Both the position numbers and the translations under genes were made by a program. A stretch of 64,000 nucleotides of DNA from Ranitomeya imitator (lineage: Eukaryota): NCBI RefSeq assembly GCF_032444005.1, contig NC_091284.1, positions 133,982,001-134,046,000 on the forward strand, read 5' to 3'. How positions within the stretch are numbered: position 1 is the first letter of the stretch; each line of letters opens with the position of its first letter. Shown here one piece after another: positions 25,021-35,430 of the stretch. Below the pieces are notes generated by a model. That model was not told the origin of the DNA and searched no databases. It saw only the letters and a program-made list of their open reading frames with translations.

Positions 25021-26633
25021 CAGGTCCTTCTCAAAAAATTAGCATATAGTGTTAAATTTCATTATTTACCATAATGTAATGATTACAATTAAACTTTCAT
25101 ATATTATAGATTCATTATCCACCAACTGAAATTTGTCAGGTCTTTTATTGTTTTAATACTGATGATTTTGGCATACAACTCCTGATAACCCAAAAAACCT
25201 GTCTCAATAAATTAGCATATTTCACCCATCCAATCAAATAAAAGTGTTTTTTAATAACAAACAAAAAAACCAACAAATAATAATGTTCAGTTATGCACTC
25301 AATACTTGGTCGGGAATCCTTTGGCAGAAATGACTGCTTCAATGCGGCGTGGCATGGAGGCAATCAGCCTGTGACACTGCTGAGATGTTATGGAGGCCCA
25401 GGATGCTTCAATAGCGGCCTTAAGCTCATCCAGAGTGTTGGGTCTTGCGTCTCTCAACTTTCTCTTCACAATATCCCACAGATTCTCTATGGGGTTCAGG
25501 TCAGGAGAGTTGGCAGGCCAATTGAGCACAGTAATACCATGGTCAGTAAACCATTTACCAGTGGTTTTGGCACTGTGAGCAGGTGCCAGGTCGTGCTGAA
25601 AAATGAAATCTTCATCTCCATAAAGCATTTCAGCCGATGGAAGCATGAAGTGCTCCAAAATCTCCTGATAGCTAGCTGCATTGACCCTGCCCTTGATGAA
25701 ACACAGTGGACCAACACCAGCAGCTGACATGGCACCCCACACCATCACTGACTGTGGGTACTTGACACTGGACTTCAGGCATTTTGGCATTTCCTTCTCC
25801 CCAGTCTTCCTCCAGACTCTGGCACCTTGATTTCCGAATGACATGCAAAATTTGCTTTCATCAGAAAAAAGTACTTGGGACCACTTAGCAACAGTCCAGT
25901 GCTGCTTCTCTGTAGCCCAGGTCAGGCGCCTCTGCCGCTGTTTATGGTTCAAAAGTGGCTTTACCTGGGGAATGCGGCACCTGTAGCCCATTTCCTGCAC
26001 ACGCCTGTGCACGGTGGCTCTGGATGTTTCCACACCAGACTCAGTCCACTGCTTCCTCAGGTTCCCCAAGGTCTGGAATCGGTCCTTCTCCACAATCTTC
26101 CTCAGGGTCCGGTCTCCTCTTCTCGTTGTACAGCGTTTTCTGCCACATTGTTTCCTTCCAACAGACTTACCATTGAGGTGCCTTGATACAGCACTCTGGG
26201 AACAGCCTATTTGTTGAGAAATTTCTTTCTGGGTCTTACCCTCTTGCTTGAGGGTGTCAATGATGGCTTTCTTGACATCTGTCAGGTCGCTAGTCTTACC
26301 CATGATGGGGGTTTTGAGTAATGAACCAGGCAGGGAGTTTATAAAAGCCTCAGGTATCTTTTGCATGTGTTTAGAGTTAATTAGTTGATTCAGAAGATTA
26401 GGGTAATAGGTCGTTTAGAGAACCTTTTCTTGATATGCTAATTTATTGAGACAGGTTTTTTGGGTTATCAGGAGTTGTATGCCAAAATCATCAGTATTAA
26501 AACAATAAAAAGACCTGACAAATTTCAGTTGGTGGATAATGAATCTATAATATATGAAAGTTTAATTGTAATCATTACATTATGGTAAATAATGAAATTT
26601 AACACTATATGCTAATTTTTTGAGAAGGACCTG
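25021..26633 (-). mobile_element. Full-length Tc1 transposon with about 200-bp IR/DR TIRs
   Basis: TA|CAGGTCCTTCTC ... GAGAAGGACCTG|TA; TIRs 25021-25220 and 26433-26633 identical except one T indel; AAATTAGCATAT repeated at both ends of each TIR. Confidence 0.97.
25299..26303 (-). CDS. Intact Tc1 DD34E transposase, 334 aa
   Basis: MGKTSDLTDVKK ... HTH (IGCSQSAVSRHL), GRKR, FSDESKF, QHDLAPAH-34 aa-PIENLW, ending GFPTKY*; no stops or frameshifts. ORF-track start 26366 is an upstream in-frame ATG. Confidence 0.95.
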   Translation of the reverse strand: MGKTSDLTDVKKAIIDTLKQEGKTQKEISQQIGCSQSAVSRHLNGKSVGRKQCGRKRCTTRRGDRTLRKIVEKDRFQTLGNLRKQWTESGVETSRATVHRRVQEMGYRCRIPQVKPLLNHKQRQRRLTWATEKQHWTVAKWSQVLFSDESKFCMSFGNQGARVWRKTGEKEMPKCLKSSVKYPQSVMVWGAMSAAGVGPLCFIKGRVNAASYQEILEHFMLPSAEMLYGDEDFIFQHDLAPAHSAKTTGKWFTDHGITVLNWPANSPDLNPIENLWDIVKRKLRDARPNTLDELKAAIEASWASITSQQCHRLIASMPRRIEAVISAKGFPTKY

Positions 26634-26673
26634 TATACTTAACAAAAAAGTGTTAAACAACTGAAAATATGTC

Positions 26674-27570
26674 TTATATTCTAGGTTCTTCAAAGTAGCG
26701 ACCTTTTGTTTTGACGACTGCTTTGCACACTCTTGGCACTCTCTTGATGAGCTTCAAGAGGTAGTCACCGGGAATGGTCTTCCAACAATCTTGAAGGAGT
26801 TCCCAGAGATGCTTAGCACTTGTTGGCCCTTTTTCCTTCGCTCTGCGGTCCAGCTCACCCCATACCATCTCGATTGGGTTCAGGTCTGGTGACTGTGGAG
26901 GCCAGGTCACCTGGCGTAGCACCCCATCACTCTCCATCTTGGTCAAATAGCCCTTACACAGCCTGCAGGTGTGTTTGGGGTCATTGTCCTGTTGAAAAAT
27001 AAATGATGGTCCAACTAAACGCAAACCGGATGGAATAGCATGCCGCTGCAAGATGCTGTGGTAGCCATGCTGGTCCATCACACCTCCTCTTCCATGCTTC
27101 ACGGTGGGAACCAGGCATGTAAAGTCCATACGTTCACCTTTTCTGTGTCGCATAAAGACATGGTGGTTGGAACCAAAGATCTCAAATTTGCACTCAGACC
27201 AAAGCACAGATTTCCACTGGTCTAATGTCCATTCCTTGTGTTCTTTAGCCCAAACAAGTCTCTTCTGTGTGTTGCCTGTCCTTAGCAGTGGTTTCCTAGC
27301 AGCTATTTTACCATGAAGGCCTGCTGCACAAAGTCTTCTCTTAACAGTTGTTGTAGAGATGTGTCTGCTGCTAGAACTCTGTGTGGCATTGACCTGGTCT
27401 CTAATCTGAGCTGCTGTTAACCTGCGATTTCTGAAGCTGGTGACTCGGATAAACTTATCCTCAGAAGCAGAAGTGACTCTTGGTCTTTCTTTCCTGGGGC
27501 GGTCCTCATGTGAGTCAGTTTCTTTGTAGCGCTTGATGGTTTTTGCCACTGCATTTGGGGACATTTTCAA
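26674..27570 (-). pseudogene. Defective Tc1 transposase
   Basis: First catalytic SDE motif reads SEC and the VWGCF..G segment is missing; QQDNDPKH and PDLNPIEMVW retained. Confidence 0.85.
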
Positions 27571-28088
27571 AGTTTTCCCAATTTTTCATACTGACTGACC
27601 TTCATTTCTTAAAGTAATGATGGCCACTCGATTTTCTATACTTAGAATTTGTATCATGGCAAGAAAAAAGCAGCTAACAGTCTATTCAGTAGGACTATCA
27701 GCTGTGTATCCACCAGACTTCTGCACAACACAACTGATTGTCCCAACCCCATTTATAAGGCAAGAAATCCCACTTATTAAACCTGACAGGGCGCACCTGT
27801 GAAGTAAAAACCATTCCCGGTGACGACCTCTTGAAGCTCATCAAGAGAATGCCAAGAGTGTGCAACAAAGCAGTCATCAAAGCAAAAGGTGGCTACTTTG
27901 AAGAACCTAGAATATAAGACATAATTTCAGTTGTTTCACATTTTTTTGTTAAGTATATAATTCCACATGCGTTAATTCATAGTTTTGAAGCCTTCAGTGT
28001 GAATGTACAATTTTCATAGTCATGAAAATACAGAAAAATCTTGAAATGAGAAGGTGTGTCCAAACTTTTGGTCTGTACTGTATATATG

Positions 28089-28129
<41 letters not shown>

Positions 28130-28439
28130 TCGCTGCTCCTCCATGCACAGAACTGCGTCCCTGCCAGTCTCCTTGGATCAAAAGTGCTTCTTCTGTTCAG
28201 ACAAAATGTGGACTCTGCAGATGATCAGCAGCCGCTGATTGTCTGCAGTGCTGATGTGAAGCCCCAAGAGACCAGTGTGGATTCAGTGCTGAGCAAAAAT
28301 ATAAAGGAGTAGTGCCACTTACGGGAGGCAAGTAGGTTTTTGTTTTTCTGTTCCTGAGATCCATTATCAAGGGGGTCGCCTCGTAGTGGACATTCCCTTT
28401 AATGATGTAACACAGAAATGCTAATGTATTAAGAAGCAC

Positions 28440-28554
28440 CTTTTTCTGGAGATGTTGAGATGGGAACAGCAGTAAGGTCGTTAATCACATAATCAAATGT
28501 TTGCCCTTCTTTGGCATACCTCTTCAGCACGGGGACGCAATCTTCAACCAAAAT
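28440..28554 (-). CDS. SMS: Spermine synthase exon 8, 115 nt (conserved YVINDLT with catalytic Asp)
   Basis: atgtggaaAG|ATT TTG GTT GAA GAT TGC ... CCA GAA AAA G|GTGCTT = [38 protein letters not shown](D). Confidence 0.96.
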
Positions 28555-29371
28555 CTTTCCACATAGTCATAAAACAATACAAAAAAGAAACAGAATTAGT
28601 ACAATTACTGACAAGGGTCAGAAACATAAACTTTCAGGTGGAAATAGATAAAAATGGTTTACAGCGGCCACAAGAACCATACAATAATAGTCAGGATCTG
28701 TCTCAATAAGAGTGTCCTAGGCATGATCTGTGACCTGTGCAGAAGTCACTGTTCAGAGAGGCGGAAACGGTGACTTGTGACCATCAACAATTGTTGTGTA
28801 GGTGATTATTTTCTTTGTACTGGTCATGTAGGTGATACATGTAATTGTAATCTTCCCTGTAAGGATAAAGAGAGGACTACTGAAAAGTCCTCACCACAAA
28901 ACGGTAAGTGTCAGACCACCTGTGCAGTGGTCACTGTGCAGGGAGAGATAGGAGGTGAGCTGGGATCATCACCTATTGTCATACTGGTGACACTGGAAAT
29001 ACCAGTCTAGGCCTCTGTTCACATTTACCTTTCTTTCTATTCTATGAACACAAAAATAACCTTTGAATTTTATGCGTTTGATTTGGTTTCCTTAACAGTT
29101 TTTCACTATTTTTACTGAATATGTGATGAAGGCTCCTAACTGAGAATCCAATGCTGGTGTGAAAATATAAGAAGGTGTGGAAGAGTGGGCATCTGGTGGG
29201 AACCAAGATACAGTTTAACATAAGACATATGGCGAAATAAAAATATTAGCATGAGGTGGAGTTCCACAGCATAAAAAAGAGCATTGGGGACTAATATCAG
29301 TGGCTGCTTATTGTGTTTCATGGGAGCCAAGAGCAATTAGTGTCCCTGGATAATACATAACATACACTTAC

Positions 29372-29461
29372 CTGATAACAGTCACCTTTTGGATTGTCTA
29401 ACACATCGCCACATGTTTTTCGCATATGTTGCCTACATCCGTCGATCACCATTTGGTCTAT
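29372..29461 (-). CDS. SMS: Spermine synthase exon 7, 90 nt
   Basis: caCCTTAACatactacatAC|ATA GAC CAA ATG ... TGT TAT CAG|GTAAGT = [30 protein letters not shown]; human [30 protein letters not shown]. Confidence 0.97.
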
Positions 29462-29984
29462 GTATGTAGTATGTTAAGGTGTGATCATGTGTTTTTGACA
29501 ATAGAAAGGGTCCTGGCAGCGTTGACAGAAATAAATGTAATATAGTTCATGATTCACAGGTACGGTATGGAAATCAAATGCAAGATGAATGACAAAGAAG
29601 AGTGGTTTTATTGATACGGCCACTCAATCCGTCAGTCACCACCCTCGTGTTCTCTCTGGACACTGGTATTGGTGATCAAACAACTCACCAGTGCTGGATA
29701 CAGAAGACCTCATGGTCCACAGCCGTTACCAATATCTGTTCTCATTCTTTCTATTCAGAAACCATGTATATTGTAGTACAAGGTGTAAAGCGTAAACCTT
29801 TAGCAAAAAAAAACAAAAAAAACAAATGCTGGTAGAATGTTTTTTTTTTTTTGCTTTTTAAGAGGATCTGCCAGCATACTACACTGTCCAGTTTTAATGA
29901 TTATATGATGTCTGCAGCACTATTAGCCCAAATGGCACAAAAACAATTAAAGGGGTTGTCCGATACATATAATCTATAGTATAT

Positions 29985-31340
29985 ATCTATCTACTATATA
30001 ATTGTCTAAGGGTCACTTCCATCTGTCTGTCCTTCTGTCTGTCACGGTTATTCATTCGCTGATTGGTCTCGCCAGCTGCCTGTCATGGCTGCCGCGACCA
30101 ATCAGCGACGGGCACAGTCCGGAAGAAAATGGCCGCTCCTTACTCCCCGCAGTCAATGCCTGTCGGTGCCGGTGGTAACGGACCGCGTTATGCCGCAGGT
30201 AACGCACTCCGTTACCGCCGCTATTAACCCTGTGTGTCCCCAACTTTTTACTATTGACGCTGCCTATGCGGCATCAATAGTAAAAATGTAATGTTAAAAA
30301 TAATAATTAAAAAAAAAAACCTGCTATACTGCAGCTGTGCTCGTGCCTGTAAAACCCCGGGGAATGAAGGTAATGTAGGTCAATGACCTGTAGTTACCTT
30401 CATTCGCGGTGATGCGCCCTCTGCTGGTTGTCCTCATATGACCTCGAGTGTAAGAACTTTCCTGGAAAGCTCCCAGGCTCGAGTTCATATGAGGACAACC
30501 AGCAGAGGGCGCATCACCGGGACTGAAGGTAACTACAGGTCATTGACCTACATTACCTTCATTCCCCGGGGTTTTACAGCCACGAGCACAGCTGCATTAT
30601 AGCAGAGCTCCTGCCTGTAAAATATTTTAACCCCTTCAGATGGATTTACATCGTGGGACATTACAGATCAACGGAAGCTATGTATATTGTTGGTTTATTA
30701 TTTTTCCTTTGTTACAGAGCGAGGGTCTTCAGGTGGATTGAGAGAGAAATAAAATATTAAAACAACCTGTGTGTTTATTTCATTAAAATACTTTTTAATA
30801 ATGTGTGTGTGTTTTGTTAACCATTTCAGATTATTGGATATTGGATTAATAATGGATAGGTGTCATAATTGATGCCTCTCCATTATTAGTCTGGCTTAAT
30901 GTCACCTTACAATAGCAAGGTGACATTAACCCTTCATTACCCCATATCCCACCGCTACACGGGAATGGGAAGAGAGTGGCCAAGTGCTGGGGGCAGATGT
31001 TTTTAGCCGGGGGGGGGGGGGGGGGAATAACCATGGACCCTCTCCAGGCTATTAATATCTGCCCTCAGTCACTGGCTTTACTACTCTAGTGGAGAAAATT
31101 GCGTGGGAGCCCACGCCAATTTTTTCCGCCATTTAACCCTTTAATTTAATAGCTAGAGTGCCCAAATTTTGCACATACACACTACTAACATTAGTAGTGT
31201 GGAATATGCAAAAAAAAATGGGGATATGAGATGGTCTACTGTATGTAAACCATGTCTCATATCATGTCGGGTTTGGGAAGGAGAACGCAAAAGCCGGCAA
31301 TAGCTTTAAAGCCGGTAATTCTATCTCGCGCTGGATGAAA

Positions 31341-31345
<5 letters not shown>
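29985..31345 (+). mobile_element. Helitron-like/composite non-autonomous repeat, 3' end not found
   Basis: Starts like the 38572 element (TCTA..TATATAATTGTCT); internal hairpin of about 270 bp at 30330-30600; ends at a (TA)n array. Confidence 0.5.

Positions 31346-31346
<1 letters not shown>

Positions 31347-31417
<71 letters not shown>
31347..31417. repeat. (TA)n microsatellite (others at about 23148-23202, 28081-28124, 40875-40928, 42582-42623, 57900-57975)
   Basis: Direct reading; several sit at Tc1 or DIRS ends. Confidence 0.95.
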
Positions 31418-31419
<2 letters not shown>

Positions 31420-31670
31420 CGTATGTTTTTATGTTTATGTTTTTGGGAGCACATGGATCCATTGTATGTCCGTATGTCGGTTTTGCAAGCCTGCGAGAAA
31501 ATCTCGCAGTACGGATGCCATACGGATTACATATGGAGGATGCCATGCGCAAATTACACTGACACACCCTGCCTACGGAGGAGCTACGGACCACTATTTT
31601 GGGGACTTTTCTGCGTATTACGGCCGTAAATTACGGACCGTATTTTTATACGCCGAGTGTGATGCCGGCC
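31420..31670. mobile_element. Harbinger-like MITE, right end
   Basis: Ends GAGTGTGATGCCGGCC|TTA. Confidence 0.55.
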
Positions 31671-32529
31671 TTAAAGATAGATATTTATAATTTGCTTTAT
31701 TATAATATTCCTTACCGTTTTCCTTATCCTGCTAATCCTTATATCTGTCATTTTTATTCTTTACCTCCTGTGATGTTTTGTTTGAACAAACAAACTTTGT
31801 AGAAAAAAATCCAGCTCTCCGTAGTAGAATCCAATGGCCGTGCACGGAAAGAAGTTCGTGTTAGCAGCCATCGAACAGTCTCAAAGAAGGACAGGTATCC
31901 AGCAACACAGCCATCGGTGAAACATTATTTAAAACACTCTGAACTATGATTAAGAACCAGTCGCTTTGAAACGCGTAAGGCCATGAGTTTCCCGGCTTAC
32001 TTGCCTTTTTTCTAAATCAGTGGTTTTATACCATATATTTTAATGACGTTTTGTTTGAGTGGAGTCTCAGATGGGATGTCACAGGAGGATGGCCCTGCAA
32101 TCACCTCTATCACCTCAACCACTCAAAACAAAGAGTTGAAAAGAGTCACCAGGGACAGCGCACAGATTCCACAAACCTTGGAGTCCGATGATAGGAATTT
32201 TCTGTATGCTTCCCAAGATTCGTGAGCCAGGCAACCCAGGGAGTCAAATCATCTCAGGGGTGGGAACAGTCACTGAAAAAATCTCAGGGTGGGTTGATAA
32301 TGGCATCAAACCGAGGGAAGGGGTGCAGACAGACGGCCATATAACTGGTGAGAGGATCGCATCACAATCCTCCTCGTAAATGGCCATCTGCTATCCTGAC
32401 CCGAGCTTAGGAATACATCACGCCGTCTCGCTCTGGTCAGGAGAGGTGCCACGCCAGTCCGGGTATCGCACGAGCTATATGGCCGTCTGTCTGCGCAATA
32501 GAAACGCAGCCAGCTAGTTACAGGACACC

Positions 32530-32954
32530 CAAAAAACAAGGAAAAAGACAATGCACTCACCGGTCCTTGAAATTCATGTGCCTTTAATCAGAACATGTGC
32601 AGGAACTTACAGGAGAACGTGGAAAGGCGGACGACGGCCGTTTCGTGCGACTGCACTTCTACGGGTCCGAACCCGGATTTCGGACCCGTAGAAGTGCAGT
32701 CGCACGAAACGGCCGTCGTCTGCCTTTCCACGTTCTCCTGTAAGTTCCTGCACATGTTCTGATTAAAGGCACATGAATTTCAAGGACCGGTGAGTGCATT
32801 GTCTTTTTCCTTGTTTTTTGTATGCTCTGATACAGTGCACCCGGTGTCCGTGCAACATTCCAGACCAGCAGCGGCACTTAGCAGTGTGACACAAGAGACT
32901 TATTAGGTGTGTTTTAAAGGGAGCAGTGCCGTGTTTGTTTCTCTTTCGTTTATT
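32530..32954 (+). mobile_element. Penelope-like element insertion (inverted pseudo-LTR pair plus 3' tail) with 17-bp TSD
   Basis: GCTAGTTACAGGACACC at 32513-32529 and 32955-32971; arms 32530-32671 and 32679-32820 (142 bp, 1 mismatch); GGTGAGTGC motif, hammerhead-like core and T-rich tail. Confidence 0.8.
32681..32722 (+). ncRNA. Minimal type I hammerhead-ribozyme-like motif, non-canonical core (mirror copy on minus strand 32628-32669)
   Basis: Stem I CGGAC/GUCUG, core CCGUAGA+A, stem II GUGC-aguc-GCAC, GAAA, palindromic stem III C-GGCC-G, GUC site. Folded by eye; activity unknown. Confidence 0.5.
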
Positions 32955-34939
32955 GCTAGTTACAGGACACCATCTACAATACGTCCCCTCCCCAAGGTAA
33001 TTTTAATAATACACATGATTCAATAGACTGAATGTAAAAACAGACATAACGTTCCATTCATGTCGTAGTGAAATGAGGCAGACAGTCTGGATTTCCCTTA
33101 CTGCCAGCCCACCACTTACTGCCACTTCCAGGACAGACACAACCACGTTTCACATGCACAGTGAAGAGAACACAGGCTCCTCTTACATCTGAATGATGGA
33201 GAAAGCCTCACAAATAATGGGATTATGGTTACGTGAGCAAAACTTTGGGGCTTTTGCAGTAAAAATTCACAGACCTAGACAGAAAATCCAATCCATTGCC
33301 ACAGCTTTACTTAAAAGTAGCACTTAGCCAAGCTTCTCAAGCAAAGCCTGCGGGCAGTTTCTTCAAAGCGGCAGTAATAGACGTACCATAGCAGGATATA
33401 AGGATTATTTCCTATGCTAACACCCTTCTTATAAATGCTTAGCATCCACCAGGTACTTCATATCCTGACCCAGGACTGCAATTCATACCTCACAATCTAT
33501 ATGTAATGCTTTAAGGCTTAGAAAACTTCTGCAAATAATTTGATGGCCCATTTGCTTCCTAAATGCAAAATTAAACAACTTTCTAAATTGCCTTCATTAA
33601 AATTTCTCTCCCATTCTGTAGCTGCAGTCTTTTTCAGTCCTTTATTTAATGACGGCACCTGCAAAATAAATATCTCAGCTCCCGACTACAGATTCGAAAC
33701 ACAGGACTCCGTTCCATCGGCCAGGTCTGTCACCTGTGATCACGGGACGGGAGGCCAATTTGATTACCTCCCGGCCTTCCTAGCTCTTCTTTTGATTAGT
33801 CAGGCGGCTAGGATATGGAGTATGGATGATGTCACACAAGACAACTATTCATAAGAAGGTTCAGGAAGGCCAGTAGGTAAGGAGAGTAGCAGGCATCCCA
33901 TCCAGCGGTCAAAAATTGCCGAACGGTCTGATGAACCAGAGTCCTGCAAATTTATTCTCTCATCTCTACTCTTGACAAATCTATCTGCTCTTCCCCTCCC
34001 TTCTCACAGTATTAGATATAGAGGAGGAGGTTTTACACAGATCTTCACATTGTGGAAAGGGGAAAAGGCATCCTCAGTCTCAGGGAGGGCAGAAAAATAA
34101 AATAGGTTGAGGATAATGTGAAAAGCGCATAAAAGGAAAAATAAGTGCAGGATAAAGGCTGTGTTTAAATACTGAATACAGTGACACGCTGGACACAGAC
34201 CTCACCCAGCATGTATTACAGAAAGAGACACTCCCGCAAGAGAAAAAAAAAGTGTAAGCTTGGATCAGGCTGCAGACTGCATATCAGGGGAAAATGGAAG
34301 AAGGAATGCAGATTTCAGACAGAATTGCAGTGCAATTATTTAAAACTAACCACTAATATAAGTAATTATTTTATTCCATGCCAAAGGTATCCTATAAAAT
34401 TAATAATAGTCCTAATTAGCTAAATGGACCTATTAGGGGCATCTAATTCACAAATGGTGTCAATTCTTTCACTTCCAAGCTGCCCTGTACATTATATTCT
34501 TACTCTTATGTAATAACTGGAATGTACACCTGAAACTGTCAAAAGGAAGCCTCTTACCCTGACATTACATAACGTTCTGTCCAAATTCAGGAGAAGGACG
34601 CTAAAATGGTGCAGACATCTCCCAGCATAACTAGCAGTAGAGTGCCAGCAGGGGGCAGCCAAGGCTAGCGGCCTGCCAGGGCCAGCTCCAGCCAATACAT
34701 AGCCGGATAAAAAGACGCATATACATCGCTATGTAGACAGAATACACTATGTGCAGCACAACCAGTGGAGGGCTCAGGAGTGAGCACTGTAATAAAATAT
34801 TTATGCAAATCCTAAAGAAACCATGTAATTAAACACAGAAAATTTAATAATTTCTCTATAGAAAGGTTTTAAACGGAACACCATACGCAGAGTACTCCTA
34901 GAATCACTGGTGCAATAGTCCCCTGACAGAAAAGGATAT

Positions 34940-35094
34940 CTCCACCATGGTAACCATCTTTGGCTTCAGTTTGACGAGCTCGTACAGTATGCCACCATCG
35001 CCTCCGCCTAGAACTAATACTTCTTTTCCACTGTAATCTTCCTTGCCATTGCCCATAATGGCGTTGGTGTACGCTAGATCACTTTCTGCCAAGT
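34940..35094 (-). CDS. SMS: Spermine synthase exon 6, 155 nt (decarboxylated-SAM-binding GGGDGG motif)
   Basis: ttccAG|AC TTG GCA GAA AGT ... ATG GTG GAG|ATATCCTTT = (N)[51 protein letters not shown]; overlaps ORF-track entry 34904..35092. Confidence 0.98.
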
Positions 35095-35430
35095 CTGGAA
35101 GAAGAAGATATCGTACATAGTGAAGAAGAAAACAAAAATGGATTTATTAGAAATTCATCAACAAGACGAAAACAAAAATGGAATTACTTATTAGAAATTC
35201 AGCAACACTCCCTTATGACATGCATTATTAAAAACATTTTCGGGGCTTCAGCTTAATTTATGCCAGACTATGACTGCAGATTGATGAATTCTGACAGCGT
35301 GCATTACACATTGGTATTCTCCTCAACTGCCTGACCAAACGGGCAGTAAAGACTGGCAGTATGTGGTCTGCACACTGGCCATCACGTGTCAAGGTCAAGC
35401 GGATGAAACTCACGCTTGCACGTGATCTAG

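Larger units (their letters stand above)
24989..28080 (-). mobile_element. Older Tc1 element (host of the nested intact Tc1), left TIR truncated
   Basis: Right end TCCAAACTTTTGGTCTGTACTG|TA at 28080; the left TIR is split at a TA by the 25021-26633 element; ORF 26674..27570 is a defective transposase (LWSECKF, internal deletion after HGRGGVM). Confidence 0.88.
29462..34939 (-). other. SMS: U12-type (minor spliceosome) AT-AC intron, SMS intron 6, 5478 nt
   Basis: 5' end ATATCCTTT (34939-34931), branch site CCTTAAC (29479-29473) about 10 nt upstream of a terminal AC (29463-29462). Exon frames join only with these boundaries (MVE|IDQM). Confidence 0.96.

Noticed and set aside
31262-31594. ORFs containing IYIYIY runs (also 40605..40937, 42449..42877, 57804..58022)
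   Set aside because: Translations of (TA)n microsatellites.
31800-32040. Degenerate PLE-like remnant with GAAACGCGT hammerhead half
   Set aside because: No CUGANGA core or stem II pairing and no TSD; too decayed to call.
32306-32560. Weak L1/Tx1 endonuclease-like peptide (TGVAPLL..DSRWPF)
   Set aside because: Similarity too marginal to support without a profile search.
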